A stretch of 60,722 nt of DNA from Nitrososphaerota archaeon (GTDB lineage: Archaea; Thermoproteota; Nitrososphaeria_A; Caldarchaeales; Calditenuaceae), in contig JAVQSZ010000003.1 of the NCBI GenBank assembly GCA_033581555.1, positions 118,474-179,195 on the forward strand. Direction: 5' to 3'. Under the pieces are notes generated by a model, which was not told the DNA's origin, searched no databases, and was given only the letters and a program-made list of their open reading frames with translations. This document shows, piece by piece, positions 39,200 through 48,354 of this stretch (position 1 is its first letter; every line of letters starts with the position of its first letter). Position numbers and translations under genes: made by a program.

Positions 39200-40231
39200 A
39201 TGAGGGCCCATGTGAGGAGGGTCCAGCAGACTGGTGGCTCCACCCTCACGGTCTCGCTGCCGAAGCTCTGGGCCGAGAAGTTCGGTCTGAGCAGGGGGAG
39301 CGAGCTGATCGAGGTCGAGGGCGAGGACGGACCGCTGATCCTGATGCCGAGGGAGGCGGTGCTCTCGGAAGGAGAGCTGGTCATCGAGCCCGGGACCACG
39401 CTGGAGCAGGCGACGAGGCGGTTGATCTCGCTCTACTTAGCCGGGTATGAGACGATCGTCGTGAGGGAGAGGGGAGGAGTGGCGATACAGAGGGCGCTGA
39501 AGAACCTGATCAGGAGGTGGCTGGTCGGCGTCGAGGTGGTCGACGAGAGGTTGGACGGGATGGTCCTGAGCGTGATGAGGCTCTACGAGAACCTGACGCC
39601 GCTGACCGTGCTCGAGCGGATGGGGACGATGGCGGCCAACATGGTCCACGACAGCCTCTCGCTGCTGGAGGACCCGTCGCCGGAAGAGGCAGCGGACCTG
39701 CTCGACCGGGACGATGAGGTCGACCGGTTCTACCACTACCTCCTCAGGTGCGTGAACGTGTCCCTGATAGACCCTAGGACCCTGAAGGCCGTAGAGGTGG
39801 GTGACCCGCAGGCCCTGATTGGTTACACACTGGTTGCGAGGAGCTTCGAGAGGGTCGCCGACCACGCGACGACGATCGCCTCGATCTCGCTCGACAAGTC
39901 CTGGTCCTTCGACCCAATAAGCGACTTCTACCCGATCTGTCTCGAGTCGGAGCGAGCTTTCAGGAGGGCCGTCGACTTGGTCCTGAGGCCTGACCAGAGG
40001 GTGGCGTTGAGGTCCCTCGAGGAGACCGACGAGCTGCTCGCCAAGCTGGAGTCAGGGTTCTCCGAAGTCCAGGCGAAGTGCACGAGGAACGACCCGATGG
40101 TCTTGTACAGGATGCTCTTCGACAACGTGAAGAGGGTCGTCGAGTACTCGATGGACGTCTACGAGATCGCGCTCAACCTCACTACGCCTAAGCCCAAGCT
40201 CGTGTCTACGAGGCGCTCCGGGCCCACCTGA
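39200..40231 (+). CDS. phoU: AbrB-PhoU phosphate uptake regulator
   Basis: N-terminal RRVQQTGGSTLTVSLPKLW (AbrB-like); PhoU motifs DDEVDRFY and ERVADHA. Confidence 0.9.
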   Translation: MRAHVRRVQQTGGSTLTVSLPKLWAEKFGLSRGSELIEVEGEDGPLILMPREAVLSEGELVIEPGTTLEQATRRLISLYLAGYETIVVRERGGVAIQRALKNLIRRWLVGVEVVDERLDGMVLSVMRLYENLTPLTVLERMGTMAANMVHDSLSLLEDPSPEEAADLLDRDDEVDRFYHYLLRCVNVSLIDPRTLKAVEVGDPQALIGYTLVARSFERVADHATTIASISLDKSWSFDPISDFYPICLESERAFRRAVDLVLRPDQRVALRSLEETDELLAKLESGFSEVQAKCTRNDPMVLYRMLFDNVKRVVEYSMDVYEIALNLTTPKPKLVSTRRSGPT

Positions 40232-40243
40232 GTACGGTGCGGG

Positions 40244-40390
40244 TCACCTCTTGACGTACTTCACTGGATCCCTCCTGAACTGGTCGAGGCACTGCTGCCT
40301 ACAGAAGTAGTACGTCACGCCCTGATACGTGTACGCGAACTTGCTGGACCTCTCGTCGACCTTCATGCCGCAGACCGGGTCTACCGCCAC
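40244..40390 (-). CDS. YHS/TRASH-domain small metal-binding protein, 48 aa (not in ORF track)
   Basis: Manual translation: MAVDPVCGMKVDERSSKFAYTYQGVTYYFCRQQCLDQFRRDPVKYVKR (DPVCGM...YYFCxxxC...F..DP.KY). Confidence 0.88.
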   Translation of the reverse strand: MAVDPVCGMKVDERSSKFAYTYQGVTYYFCRQQCLDQFRRDPVKYVKR

Positions 40391-40447
40391 GGGCACACCT
40401 TGACTGATGTTGTTATAAGGCTTGTCCGTCGGGTTATCGGCCGACTC

Positions 40448-41062
40448 TCAGGCGTACCAGGGCCTCCAGTTGCCCCCTAAAGCCCCGGACCTCTTGATCG
40501 CGTCGATGACGGCCACCGAGGCGCCGATGCTGAGGACCGTGTGGAGGGCGTTGTAGAACGCTGTGTGGAGAAGGACCAGCGCTAGCCCGTGGTGGTCGGG
40601 GTTGAGGGGCGTTCCAGTGAAGGCCGAGAGCGTCGAGACCGCGAACTGCAGGAAGTCCGGGAAGAACACCATCAGCACTAAGTAGTTGGCCGCGCTCATA
40701 ACCGCGACCCTCGAGAGGAGGCCGGTCGTCCAGCCTGCGACCTTCACAATCGGGAGAGTGCTCCTCCTCGTGAGGCGGGAGAAGGCCCAGATCCCCCCGA
40801 CTGTGGAGATCACCGCTAGGAACTTCATCAGCGGGCCGAGCGGCGAGAACTGGCCTATGAGCAGCAGTCCGAGGAAGTAGATCGTGGAGGCCAAGAGGCC
40901 CACGGAGGGGCCGAAGCCCAGCGCTGCTACGAAGGCCGGGACCTCAGCCAGGTCGAACCTGAGGAAGGGGATCGGGGGGTAGGAGAAGCTCAGCGGGAGT
41001 ACCGTCATCGTGGCCGAGATAACGCCGAGTGAGGCTCCGGTCGCGGTTCTTAAGGCGTCCAC
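40448..41062 (-). CDS. ECF transporter S component (RibU/PanT-like)
   Basis: PPIPFLRFDLAEVPAFVAALGFGPSVG; multi-TM; FYNALH near the C-terminus. Confidence 0.8.
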   Translation of the reverse strand: MDALRTATGASLGVISATMTVLPLSFSYPPIPFLRFDLAEVPAFVAALGFGPSVGLLASTIYFLGLLLIGQFSPLGPLMKFLAVISTVGGIWAFSRLTRRSTLPIVKVAGWTTGLLSRVAVMSAANYLVLMVFFPDFLQFAVSTLSAFTGTPLNPDHHGLALVLLHTAFYNALHTVLSIGASVAVIDAIKRSGALGGNWRPWYA

Positions 41063-41083
41063 GCCCTTACGTCACGTTACCAA

Positions 41084-41101
41084 CTACTCAATATTGAGTA
41101 G
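41084..41101. promoter_or_regulatory. 18-bp perfect palindrome, candidate ArsR operator
   Basis: CTACTCAATATTGAGTAG, 22-39 nt upstream of the ECF-S start and between divergent genes. Confidence 0.65.
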
Positions 41102-41209
41102 ATAACCCGTTTTGGGTAGTACGGTTATGTTATTATGGTTCGGTCAGAAAGAGGGGACTTCGCGACTTCGGTGGAAACATTATTATTGGTAGAGTGATAA
41201 CTGAATCAC

Positions 41210-41503
41210 GTGAACGGTGAGGAGAACGGCCTGAGGGACTTGGCGAGGGTACTGAGCGCTTTGGGTAACATCACCAGGTTGCGGATCCTCAAGCTGGTCT
41301 CTGAAACTGACAGGCCGCTTCACATCAAGGCGCTCTCGAGGGCCCTCAAGGTCCGGTACAGCGCGGTCTACAGGCACGTCGTGACGCTCAAGAAGGCTGG
41401 GATCGTGACCGTTCATGAGGTCGGGAGGTCCCGCGTCGTTGCGATCCGTCGTAAGAGGGAGTTAGATGATTTGCTAAAGATCGTTGAATCATTTGCGAGA
41501 TAG
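41210..41503 (+). CDS. ArsR/SmtB-family transcriptional regulator
   Basis: LSALGNITRLRILKLV...SAVYRHVVTLKKAGIV. Confidence 0.88.
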   Translation: MNGEENGLRDLARVLSALGNITRLRILKLVSETDRPLHIKALSRALKVRYSAVYRHVVTLKKAGIVTVHEVGRSRVVAIRRKRELDDLLKIVESFAR

Positions 41504-41596
41504 TGATCAACAGCTTAGCAGAGAATGATTACGTTTACCAAACCTTTGCTAAGTTATTAACAAATCTTAAATTGGTCATTTTCGCAGTCGTGAACG

Positions 41597-42250
41597 ATGG
41601 ACCAGCAGCTCGATAGGATGCCCAAATCGATCTGGATCGCTGGCGTAGCGGCGCTGGGCGGTGCGGCGATCGCAGCGGGCATAGCTAGGCTGAGCACTCC
41701 GTTCCCGCTGCTGCCGTTCCTGAGGTTCGACGCCGCGGAGATCTTCGACGTCCTCTCGATGCTGATCTTCGGGCCGATCGGTGGTGTGGTGACGACGTTG
41801 GCCCACTGGTACGGTCTCATACTCAACGGCGGTGCGTTCGTGCCGGGCGTCGGCGAGACGATGAAGCTGACCGCGGTCCTCTCGATGCTGCTGGGCCTCT
41901 TTCTAGGCGTGAGGCTGAGCAAGGGGTCGATCTGGTGGGGGATCGTCGGCGCGATCGCCTCTAGGACGCTCGTCATGGCCCTGGTGACCTTCCTGCTCTA
42001 CTACGTGCTTTTGCCTGGCGTCTACCTGCCCTTCGGCGCGAGGGCGCTCCAGAGGGTCGGGATCACGGTGCAGGGCGAGCTGACGCTCGCGTTGCTGATG
42101 ACGGTCCTGAACGCGGTCTTCAACCTGCTCCACGTCTTCGTCAGCATCCTCCCTGCTTACGCGATCCACCGCTCAGTCATGAGGGCGCTGCCGTTCTTCA
42201 ACAGGTACTCGTGGATCCCCGCGAACGCGAAGAAGGCCCTGCCGGGCTGA
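41597..42250 (+). CDS. ECF transporter S component (second paralogue)
   Basis: PFPLLPFLRFDAAEIFDVLSMLIFGPIGG; multi-TM; VFNLLH. Confidence 0.8.
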   Translation: MDQQLDRMPKSIWIAGVAALGGAAIAAGIARLSTPFPLLPFLRFDAAEIFDVLSMLIFGPIGGVVTTLAHWYGLILNGGAFVPGVGETMKLTAVLSMLLGLFLGVRLSKGSIWWGIVGAIASRTLVMALVTFLLYYVLLPGVYLPFGARALQRVGITVQGELTLALLMTVLNAVFNLLHVFVSILPAYAIHRSVMRALPFFNRYSWIPANAKKALPG

Positions 42251-42297
42251 GGCTCCCCCTGAACCCTAAATTCACCTCGTTTTCCGTTATCTCGCAG

Positions 42298-42867
42298 ATG
42301 AGGCGGAGGCTCAACCCCTTCGTGCCTTCGCCACGCGACGTCCTGGTGAGGGCCCTGAGTGAGGCGGGAGTCTGGCCTGACTCGTCCCTGGTCGACCTCG
42401 GCAGCGGCGACGGCAGGGTGCCGATGCTCGCGGCGAAGGAGTTCAGGGCTAAGGCGGTGGGCGTCGAGATCGACGGCGTCCTCGTCGAGCACGCGGAGCG
42501 AACGAGGCGGGCTTTGGGGCTGAGAGGGGCTAGGTTCGTCGAGGCCGACGCCAGAAGCGTCGATCTGAGCTCAGTGAACTTCGTCTTTACGTACCTCACG
42601 ACGGACGCCCTCGAGGCGATCAAGCCCGCGCTCCTGACCGCGGACAAGGACGCGCTGGTAATCGCGCACGGCTATCCTGTGAAGGGATGGACGCCCACGG
42701 AGGTCCTGAGGATCTGGTCCAGCTCGACGGGAAAGCACCACGTCTTCTACCTCTACAGGATCGAAGACGCACTTAGGGCTCGGGTCTCCGAGGCGCGTTC
42801 GCTGGGAGCTGTCGGTGGTGCCGCTGGTAGTCGGTTACGCGTCGCGTCGCTGTTCGAGAACACGTAA
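42298..42867 (+). CDS. SAM-dependent methyltransferase, archaeal lysine-MTase/FAM173-like
   Basis: PFVPSP, VDLGSGDGRV, GVEID, VFTYL, HGYPVKGW. Start shortened to ATG 42298. Confidence 0.75.
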   Translation: MRRRLNPFVPSPRDVLVRALSEAGVWPDSSLVDLGSGDGRVPMLAAKEFRAKAVGVEIDGVLVEHAERTRRALGLRGARFVEADARSVDLSSVNFVFTYLTTDALEAIKPALLTADKDALVIAHGYPVKGWTPTEVLRIWSSSTGKHHVFYLYRIEDALRARVSEARSLGAVGGAAGSRLRVASLFENT

Positions 42868-42903
42868 AACCCTAAATGCCTCAGGGCGACTGATCCGTAT
42901 GCT

Positions 42904-43386
42904 ATGGGCAGGACTGGCAGGGAGATCGTGAAGGCTGACATCAACGAGGTCCTCAACGACCTCCTCCAGGCCTACGCCGACGAGTGGCTCGCGCACTACC
43001 AGTACTGGCTCGCGGCCCAGTGGATAAGGGGGATCGACGCCGACACGCTCAGGCCTGTGTTGATGAAGCAGTCGATGGACGAGCTGAAGCACGCCGAGAA
43101 GCTGGCCCAGAGGATAATTCAGCTAGGAGGGAGGCCCGTGATGGACTTCGCGAAGCTCCTCGCGACCTCGAGGTGCGGCTACATCGCTCCGCCTGAAGAC
43201 CCGACCGACATCAAGAGGGTGATCGAGGACGTCCTGAAGTCCGAGCAGTGTGCGATCAGGTTCTACAACCAGATGGTGGAGAAGTACAGGTTCACCGACG
43301 TAGTGACCTACGAGGTCTTCGAAGAGCTCCTCGAGGACGAGGTCGATGACGAGGAGGAGTGGGAGAGGTTCCTCGCGAAGCTCTGA
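42904..43386 (+). CDS. Ferritin-like DPS-like (DPSL) protein
   Basis: AYADEWLAHYQYW, DELKHA, RIIQLGG, EQCAI, LEDEVDDEEE. Confidence 0.85.
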   Translation: MGRTGREIVKADINEVLNDLLQAYADEWLAHYQYWLAAQWIRGIDADTLRPVLMKQSMDELKHAEKLAQRIIQLGGRPVMDFAKLLATSRCGYIAPPEDPTDIKRVIEDVLKSEQCAIRFYNQMVEKYRFTDVVTYEVFEELLEDEVDDEEEWERFLAKL

Positions 43387-43416
43387 GCGGTCAGACTTAA
43401 CGGGGACGCGGTCTTT

Positions 43417-43848
43417 TTGTGGCGCGTGAGGTCGAGTCGGGACCCTGCCGCGGCCTACTTCTCGAGCGACGTAACTGATAGGGAGAGGGCCGCGTTCGAG
43501 GCGGGCATAGCGCTGGCTACGGTCTATCACGCGCTGGTCGGGCTTCCGGCTCCCCGGACCGACGGCGAGCTCGAGAGCCTGGCGAGAGGGGTTGCGTCGG
43601 TGGTGCTCTCGCAGCCCTTCAGGGTGGAGGTGGAGGTCAGGTTGAGGAGGCCCAAGGGCAGAGGGAGAAAGGGACCGTACTCTTACGGCGAAATAGGCCC
43701 CTCTGAGATCTACGCTAGGGTCAAGGTCAGGTACGGCGAGGCCGAGGTCGTCGGGGAGCTGGGCTTCGTGAGAGGGCTGAACTACCCGCTGATGAGGATC
43801 GTCGAGATCGGCCCGCGCTCCAGAAGCCCGAGGCGGGTTAAGCATTAA
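43417..43848 (+). CDS. mptD: Archaeal dihydroneopterin aldolase (MptD family)
   Basis: TDRERAAFEAGIALATVYH, SQPF, YSYGEI, LNYPLMRI. Confidence 0.8.
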   Translation: MWRVRSSRDPAAAYFSSDVTDRERAAFEAGIALATVYHALVGLPAPRTDGELESLARGVASVVLSQPFRVEVEVRLRRPKGRGRKGPYSYGEIGPSEIYARVKVRYGEAEVVGELGFVRGLNYPLMRIVEIGPRSRSPRRVKH

Positions 43849-43873
43849 TGGCCTTTGGACCGACGGGCTGCGG

Positions 43874-44560
43874 ATGATCATGATCGACAGCAACGAGGTC
43901 GCCGAGGCGCCAGAGATCTACGAATCACTCAGGGGGAGGGCGGAGGTCGCGGTGAGGCCGCTCGAGGTCGGCGACTACTTCGTCCTCGGGTCGCAGGGGA
44001 GCGTCCTGATCGAGAGGAAGAGGGTCTTGGACTTCCTCAACAGCCTGAAGGGGCGGCTTTGGGACCAGCTGGACCGGATGAGGCAGCACGAGGGCCCGAA
44101 GCTGATCCTCCTCGAGGGGAACATCGCGGGCTACAGGAGGACGGGTTGGAGCGAGACCGCGGTCCTCGCTCTGATCGACAAGATTGTCCTCGAGATGGGC
44201 GTCCCCATCATCCCTGTCCCCGACTCTAAAGCCACGGTCACCTACATCCTCTGGAAGGACAAGAGGCTCAGGAGCCCATCTGGGTGGAGGGAGTACCCGT
44301 TGAGGGTCGCTCGAAGGGACATGTCGCCTGCCGAGAGGGCGCTCTACGCCCTGGAGGGGATGTGCGGCCACAAGACCGCGACAGCGCTCTTAAACAGCTT
44401 CGGGACGCTCGGCGACCTGATCTGCTTCGTCAGGTCCAACCCGCTCCCCGTGGTGGAGTCGAGGCTCAGCGAGGTCAAGGTCGGAGGCAGGAGGATCCCC
44501 TCTAGCGTCGTGAGGACGATATACGAGACGGTCAACGCGTCCTTCGGGACCGGAGGATGA
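43874..44560 (+). CDS. xpf: ERCC4/XPF-family structure-specific endonuclease (short form)
   Basis: IDSNE, LEVGDY, IERKRVLDFLNS, GRLWDQ; HhH-like C-terminus (GMCGHKTATALLNSFGTL). Confidence 0.85.
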   Translation: MIMIDSNEVAEAPEIYESLRGRAEVAVRPLEVGDYFVLGSQGSVLIERKRVLDFLNSLKGRLWDQLDRMRQHEGPKLILLEGNIAGYRRTGWSETAVLALIDKIVLEMGVPIIPVPDSKATVTYILWKDKRLRSPSGWREYPLRVARRDMSPAERALYALEGMCGHKTATALLNSFGTLGDLICFVRSNPLPVVESRLSEVKVGGRRIPSSVVRTIYETVNASFGTGG

Positions 44561-44561
44561 G

Positions 44562-46346
44562 ATGAAGGGCGCGATAATCGTCGCGGAGAAGCCGTCGGTC
44601 GCGAGGGCGATCAGGGAGGCGCTCGCCTCGATCGGCGAAGAGGTGACTGTTGCCAGCGTCAGGGGACACGTGCTGGACGCGGACCTACCAGCGGAGTACC
44701 GCTCATGGACAAGGGTCGACCCGCTGGAGCTGATCAGGGTCAGGAGGTTCAGGTACGTCGTCAGGGACTTCGAGTCCTACAGGGCCCTCTTAGAGCTCTT
44801 CAGGTCCCACTCGCCCCTCGTGATCGCGACCGACAACGACCACGAGGGCGAGCTGATCGGCAGCGAGGTCCTCGCGATATACAGGGGCGTGAGGGGTGAG
44901 AGGAGCCCGTTCTACAGGATGAGGTTCAACTCTGTCGACAGGGACGAGATACTCAGGGCCTGGAGGAGCCTCGAGCCGGACCTCAGGTGGAGCTGGGTCA
45001 ACAAGGCCGAGTTCAGGAGGACTTTCGACCTCCTGACTGGCGCGGCGTACACGAGGTTCCTCACGCTGAGGGCCAGAAGGCTCGGGCACAGGGGACTGAT
45101 CAGCTGGGGATCTTGCCAGACCCCAACGCTGAACTTCGTCGTGAAGAGGGACGCCGAGGTCGAGTCGTTCAAGCCGAGGCCCTTCTGGTACATCGAGGCT
45201 GAGCTCAGGACGAAGTCCGGCGAGGTCCTCGTGGCCGGCTCCCAGAGGTTCTGGGACGAGGAGGCGGCGAGGGAGTCTTTCGGGAGGGCGAAGGGCGTGG
45301 GGGAGGCTGTCGTCGAGGCATACTCGGAGAGGACGGTTACCCTACAGAGGCCGACGCCTCTCAGGACCGACGACGCGCTCAGGGACTTGGTGAGGATTAC
45401 CGAGAGGAGCGCGAGCGAGGTGCTCGACGCGATGGAGAGGCTCTACTCCGAGGGCTACATCTCCTACCCTAGGACCGACACGAACAGATACCCGACCGGG
45501 TTCGATTTCAGAAGACCGCTCTCGGCCGTCGTCCAGTCGGGAATCGTAGAGCGGCGCGAGCTCAGGCCGGTCCCGAACCCGAGGCAGGGGAAGCACGACG
45601 ACGGCGCTCATCCTCCGATCTACCCGATCAGGCCGTTCAGGTCTGGAGGATTCCTGGGCGCGATTTGGGAGTACGTCGCGAGGAGGTTCGTGGCAAACGC
45701 GTTCCTCGAGGACGCTGCGGTGCTGAACCAGGAGGCGGTATTCGACCTCGCGGGCGTCAGGCTCAGCGCTAGCGGGAGGATGGTCGTGAAGAGGGGCTTC
45801 CTAGAGGTGTACGTGTATCAGCGGGTCAGCGACGAGCCGATCCCGAGGCTCTCGAGGGGCGAAAGGTTGGAGGTCGTCGAGGTCAGGCTCCGGAGAGGCC
45901 AGACCTCTCCGCCTCCGAGGATGACGGAGTCCGAGCTGATCGCGCTGATGGAGCGGAGCGGCATAGGGACCGACGCGACCAGGGCCACCTTCCCCTCGCT
46001 GATAGTCGAGAGGGGCTACGCCGCGAGGGTTGGGAAGAGCCTGATCTCCACGGAGCTCGGGAGGTCTCTGATCTCTGCCCTCGAGCGCGTCGATGAGAGG
46101 CTCGTCTCCCCCGAGACGAGGAGACACGTCGAGGAGATGATGACCCTCGTCGAGAGGGACGGCCGGGACTGGAGGTCGTTGCTGGACGAGAGCGTCGCCC
46201 GGTACGAGGAGCTGCTCGCGAAGCTGGCCTCCTCGTGGCAATCGGTCGGGGGCGACGTGATGAGGGCGATAGGGGGCGCTCCGGCCGACACCAGGCCCCA
46301 TCGGAGGAGGAAGAGGGCGCGCGGAGATACCGCTAAACCCTCCTGA
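44562..46346 (+). CDS. topA: DNA topoisomerase type IA
   Basis: AEKPSVA, ATDNDHEGELIG, SWGSCQTPTL, ISYPRTD (catalytic Tyr), AHPPIYP, GIGTDATR. Confidence 0.93.
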   Translation: MKGAIIVAEKPSVARAIREALASIGEEVTVASVRGHVLDADLPAEYRSWTRVDPLELIRVRRFRYVVRDFESYRALLELFRSHSPLVIATDNDHEGELIGSEVLAIYRGVRGERSPFYRMRFNSVDRDEILRAWRSLEPDLRWSWVNKAEFRRTFDLLTGAAYTRFLTLRARRLGHRGLISWGSCQTPTLNFVVKRDAEVESFKPRPFWYIEAELRTKSGEVLVAGSQRFWDEEAARESFGRAKGVGEAVVEAYSERTVTLQRPTPLRTDDALRDLVRITERSASEVLDAMERLYSEGYISYPRTDTNRYPTGFDFRRPLSAVVQSGIVERRELRPVPNPRQGKHDDGAHPPIYPIRPFRSGGFLGAIWEYVARRFVANAFLEDAAVLNQEAVFDLAGVRLSASGRMVVKRGFLEVYVYQRVSDEPIPRLSRGERLEVVEVRLRRGQTSPPPRMTESELIALMERSGIGTDATRATFPSLIVERGYAARVGKSLISTELGRSLISALERVDERLVSPETRRHVEEMMTLVERDGRDWRSLLDESVARYEELLAKLASSWQSVGGDVMRAIGGAPADTRPHRRRKRARGDTAKPS

Positions 46347-46572
46347 GCCTCGCGAGGACCTCCTGCTGGATCCCCGTCGCTGGCCCGATCAGCTCCCCGC
46401 GCTCGTCGTACATCAGGACCTCGTCGTCCCGCTCCCTCGCGACCAGTCTGTGCCTACCTGAACAGATCGGGTAGGTCTCGGACAGGCCGCACATGCAGAT
46501 CCAGACCTCCTCGCCCCTCTCCGTCACGTGCCTGTAGGGCCTCTTCGCCGCGTGGATGATGAGCCTCGGCAC
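46333..46572 (-). CDS. CDGSH-type iron-sulfur domain protein
   Basis: WICMCGLSETYPICSGRH (CxCxxSxxxPxCxGxH). Start shortened to GTG 46572. Confidence 0.85.
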   Translation of the reverse strand: MPRLIIHAAKRPYRHVTERGEEVWICMCGLSETYPICSGRHRLVARERDDEVLMYDERGELIGPATGIQQEVLARLRRV

Positions 46573-46680
46573 GACCTGCTTTCGCGAGGGCCCAGAGATT
46601 AGAGTTCCGGTCGACCTCAGGGCTGCGGGCTGATTTAATGTTATATATGCGCTGGCGATTTGAAACATTCAAAGCGTAGG

Positions 46681-46985
46681 ATGACCGACACGGTCCTGCT
46701 CGAGGTCCGGGTGAGCGCCTCGCTGTTGAGGCGGTCGATGAGCTCCGCGCTGAGGGCCTCTTCAAGAACGGGAGCGATGTGGTCGGAGAGCGGGACGCCC
46801 GGAAGCTCTACGCCGTCTCCCTGAGGAGCGAGGAGCACGTCGTCCTCTTCCCCAGACCGCCCGGGTCTTGGGAGGAGCTGATGGAGGAGGGGATGCCGTA
46901 GGTCCTGAAGGGCTTCGACCTCAACGGCGCGATGACCGCACTGGCCGTCGCCTCGCACCACGAAGTGAGGAGGTACGTCGCGTAG
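46681..46985 (+). pseudogene. Degraded RHH antitoxin with possible PIN-toxin remnant
   Basis: MTDTVLLEVRVSASLL, a frameshift, then EAVDELRAEGLFKNGSDVV (RHH-like); an in-frame TAG further downstream. Confidence 0.5.
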
Positions 46986-47108
46986 GAAAAGTCCTACAGG
47001 GGGAAGATGCCTGTGACGGTCGTATCACCCTGGGAGTGTCTATGTACTACGAGGGTGTGATCGGGCGCGCTCAAACTTATCTCCGCTCGAGTCCGACGGT
47101 CTGAAGGG

Positions 47109-47747
47109 TTGGAGGTTCAGCAGGTCCTCGAGCAGCTGAGGTCCAAGGACCCGAAGGAGGTCTCGAAGAGGTGTGAGGTCGCCTTCCTCCCGCCTAGGGA
47201 GGGGGCCGGGGCCCGATACCTCGTCAACGTGCTCGACCTGACCTACTGCGTCCACCTGGACAGCGGATTGGCGGAGGAGGTCGTCACCAGGGACGAGGCC
47301 GACGAAAGCTTCACCAGGGTCCTGCTGAAGTACCTCGTCTACCAGTGCTACGTCGAGCAGGAGACGGGCTGGGTGGGGATCGATAGGTTCTCGGGGGCTT
47401 CACAGCACCACGGCGAGTTCGTCAAGAAGGTGATGAGGCCGTTCCTCGACCACTTCGGGAATAACGTCCAAGTCTTCAAGGCCTCCTCGAGGCAGATCGG
47501 CGGGACGCAGGAGAGGCTCGGAGGGGTCGCGTTCAGCTTCAGGTTCCTGCCTAAGGTGCGGGCGCTGGTGCAGCTCTGGCCAGGCGACGAAAGGGGGCTC
47601 AGGAAGCCATCCGCGAACATCATGTTCTCCTCTCACAGCGTCAAGATTTGGGACGGGAGGGAAGCGGTCGCGGCCTCGGAGTTCATCGTGAGAAGGCTCA
47701 GGGGTTCGAAGAGGTCCAGGAGGAGGTCCGCCAGGGCTCAGGAGTAG
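47109..47747 (+). CDS. DUF3786-like protein
   Basis: VLLKYL...WVGIDRFSG...F....PF...FG...FRFLPKV...LWPGDE....SANIMF pattern. Confidence 0.65.
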   Translation: MEVQQVLEQLRSKDPKEVSKRCEVAFLPPREGAGARYLVNVLDLTYCVHLDSGLAEEVVTRDEADESFTRVLLKYLVYQCYVEQETGWVGIDRFSGASQHHGEFVKKVMRPFLDHFGNNVQVFKASSRQIGGTQERLGGVAFSFRFLPKVRALVQLWPGDERGLRKPSANIMFSSHSVKIWDGREAVAASEFIVRRLRGSKRSRRRSARAQE

Positions 47748-48298
47748 CCTCTTCCCGGCCAGACGTCCTCGCGCCTCCCCTCCCTCTCGTTGACGAACCT
47801 CGCCAAGTAGAAGAGCAGCGTCGAGAGCCTGTTCAGGTACCTGATGACCTGCGGGTTGACCTTCTCCTTGTCCGAGAGCATGACGACGTGCCTCTCGGCC
47901 CTCCTCGCCACTGCCCTCGCGAAGTGGAGCATGGAGCCTGCCAGCGACCCCGAGGGATAGATGAAGTGCCTCAGGGGCTCGAGGGACCTGATGTACTGAT
48001 CGAGGGTCATCTCGAGTGACTTCACGTCGTCCTCGGTGACCACGTCGACGCCCAATGACTTCGGGTCTTCGGCCGCGATCTCGGCGCCGATCCTAAAGAG
48101 GACCGACTGGACGCCCTTGAGGAGCTCGTCTATGTCGGCGTGTCCGTCCCTCAACACCGCCCTGCAGACCCCGATCACCGAGTTGAGCTCGTCGACCTCA
48201 CCGAGGCAGTCGATCCTCAGGTTGTGCTTCCTGACCCTCTTCCCCTCGAGCAGCCACGTGCTCCCGTCGTCGCCGGTCCCGTAGATCTGCCTGGTCAA
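47738..48298 (-). CDS. pduO: Cob(I)alamin adenosyltransferase (PduO type)
   Basis: IYGTGDDGST, GEVDELNS, LHFARAVARRAER, YLNRLS. Confidence 0.9.
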   Translation of the reverse strand: MTRQIYGTGDDGSTWLLEGKRVRKHNLRIDCLGEVDELNSVIGVCRAVLRDGHADIDELLKGVQSVLFRIGAEIAAEDPKSLGVDVVTEDDVKSLEMTLDQYIRSLEPLRHFIYPSGSLAGSMLHFARAVARRAERHVVMLSDKEKVNPQVIRYLNRLSTLLFYLARFVNEREGRREDVWPGRGYS

Positions 48299-48354
48299 CC
48301 CGTGGTCCCGAGGGTCGAGAGATATATTTAGGGAGCGCGGCGGACCACATCGGG

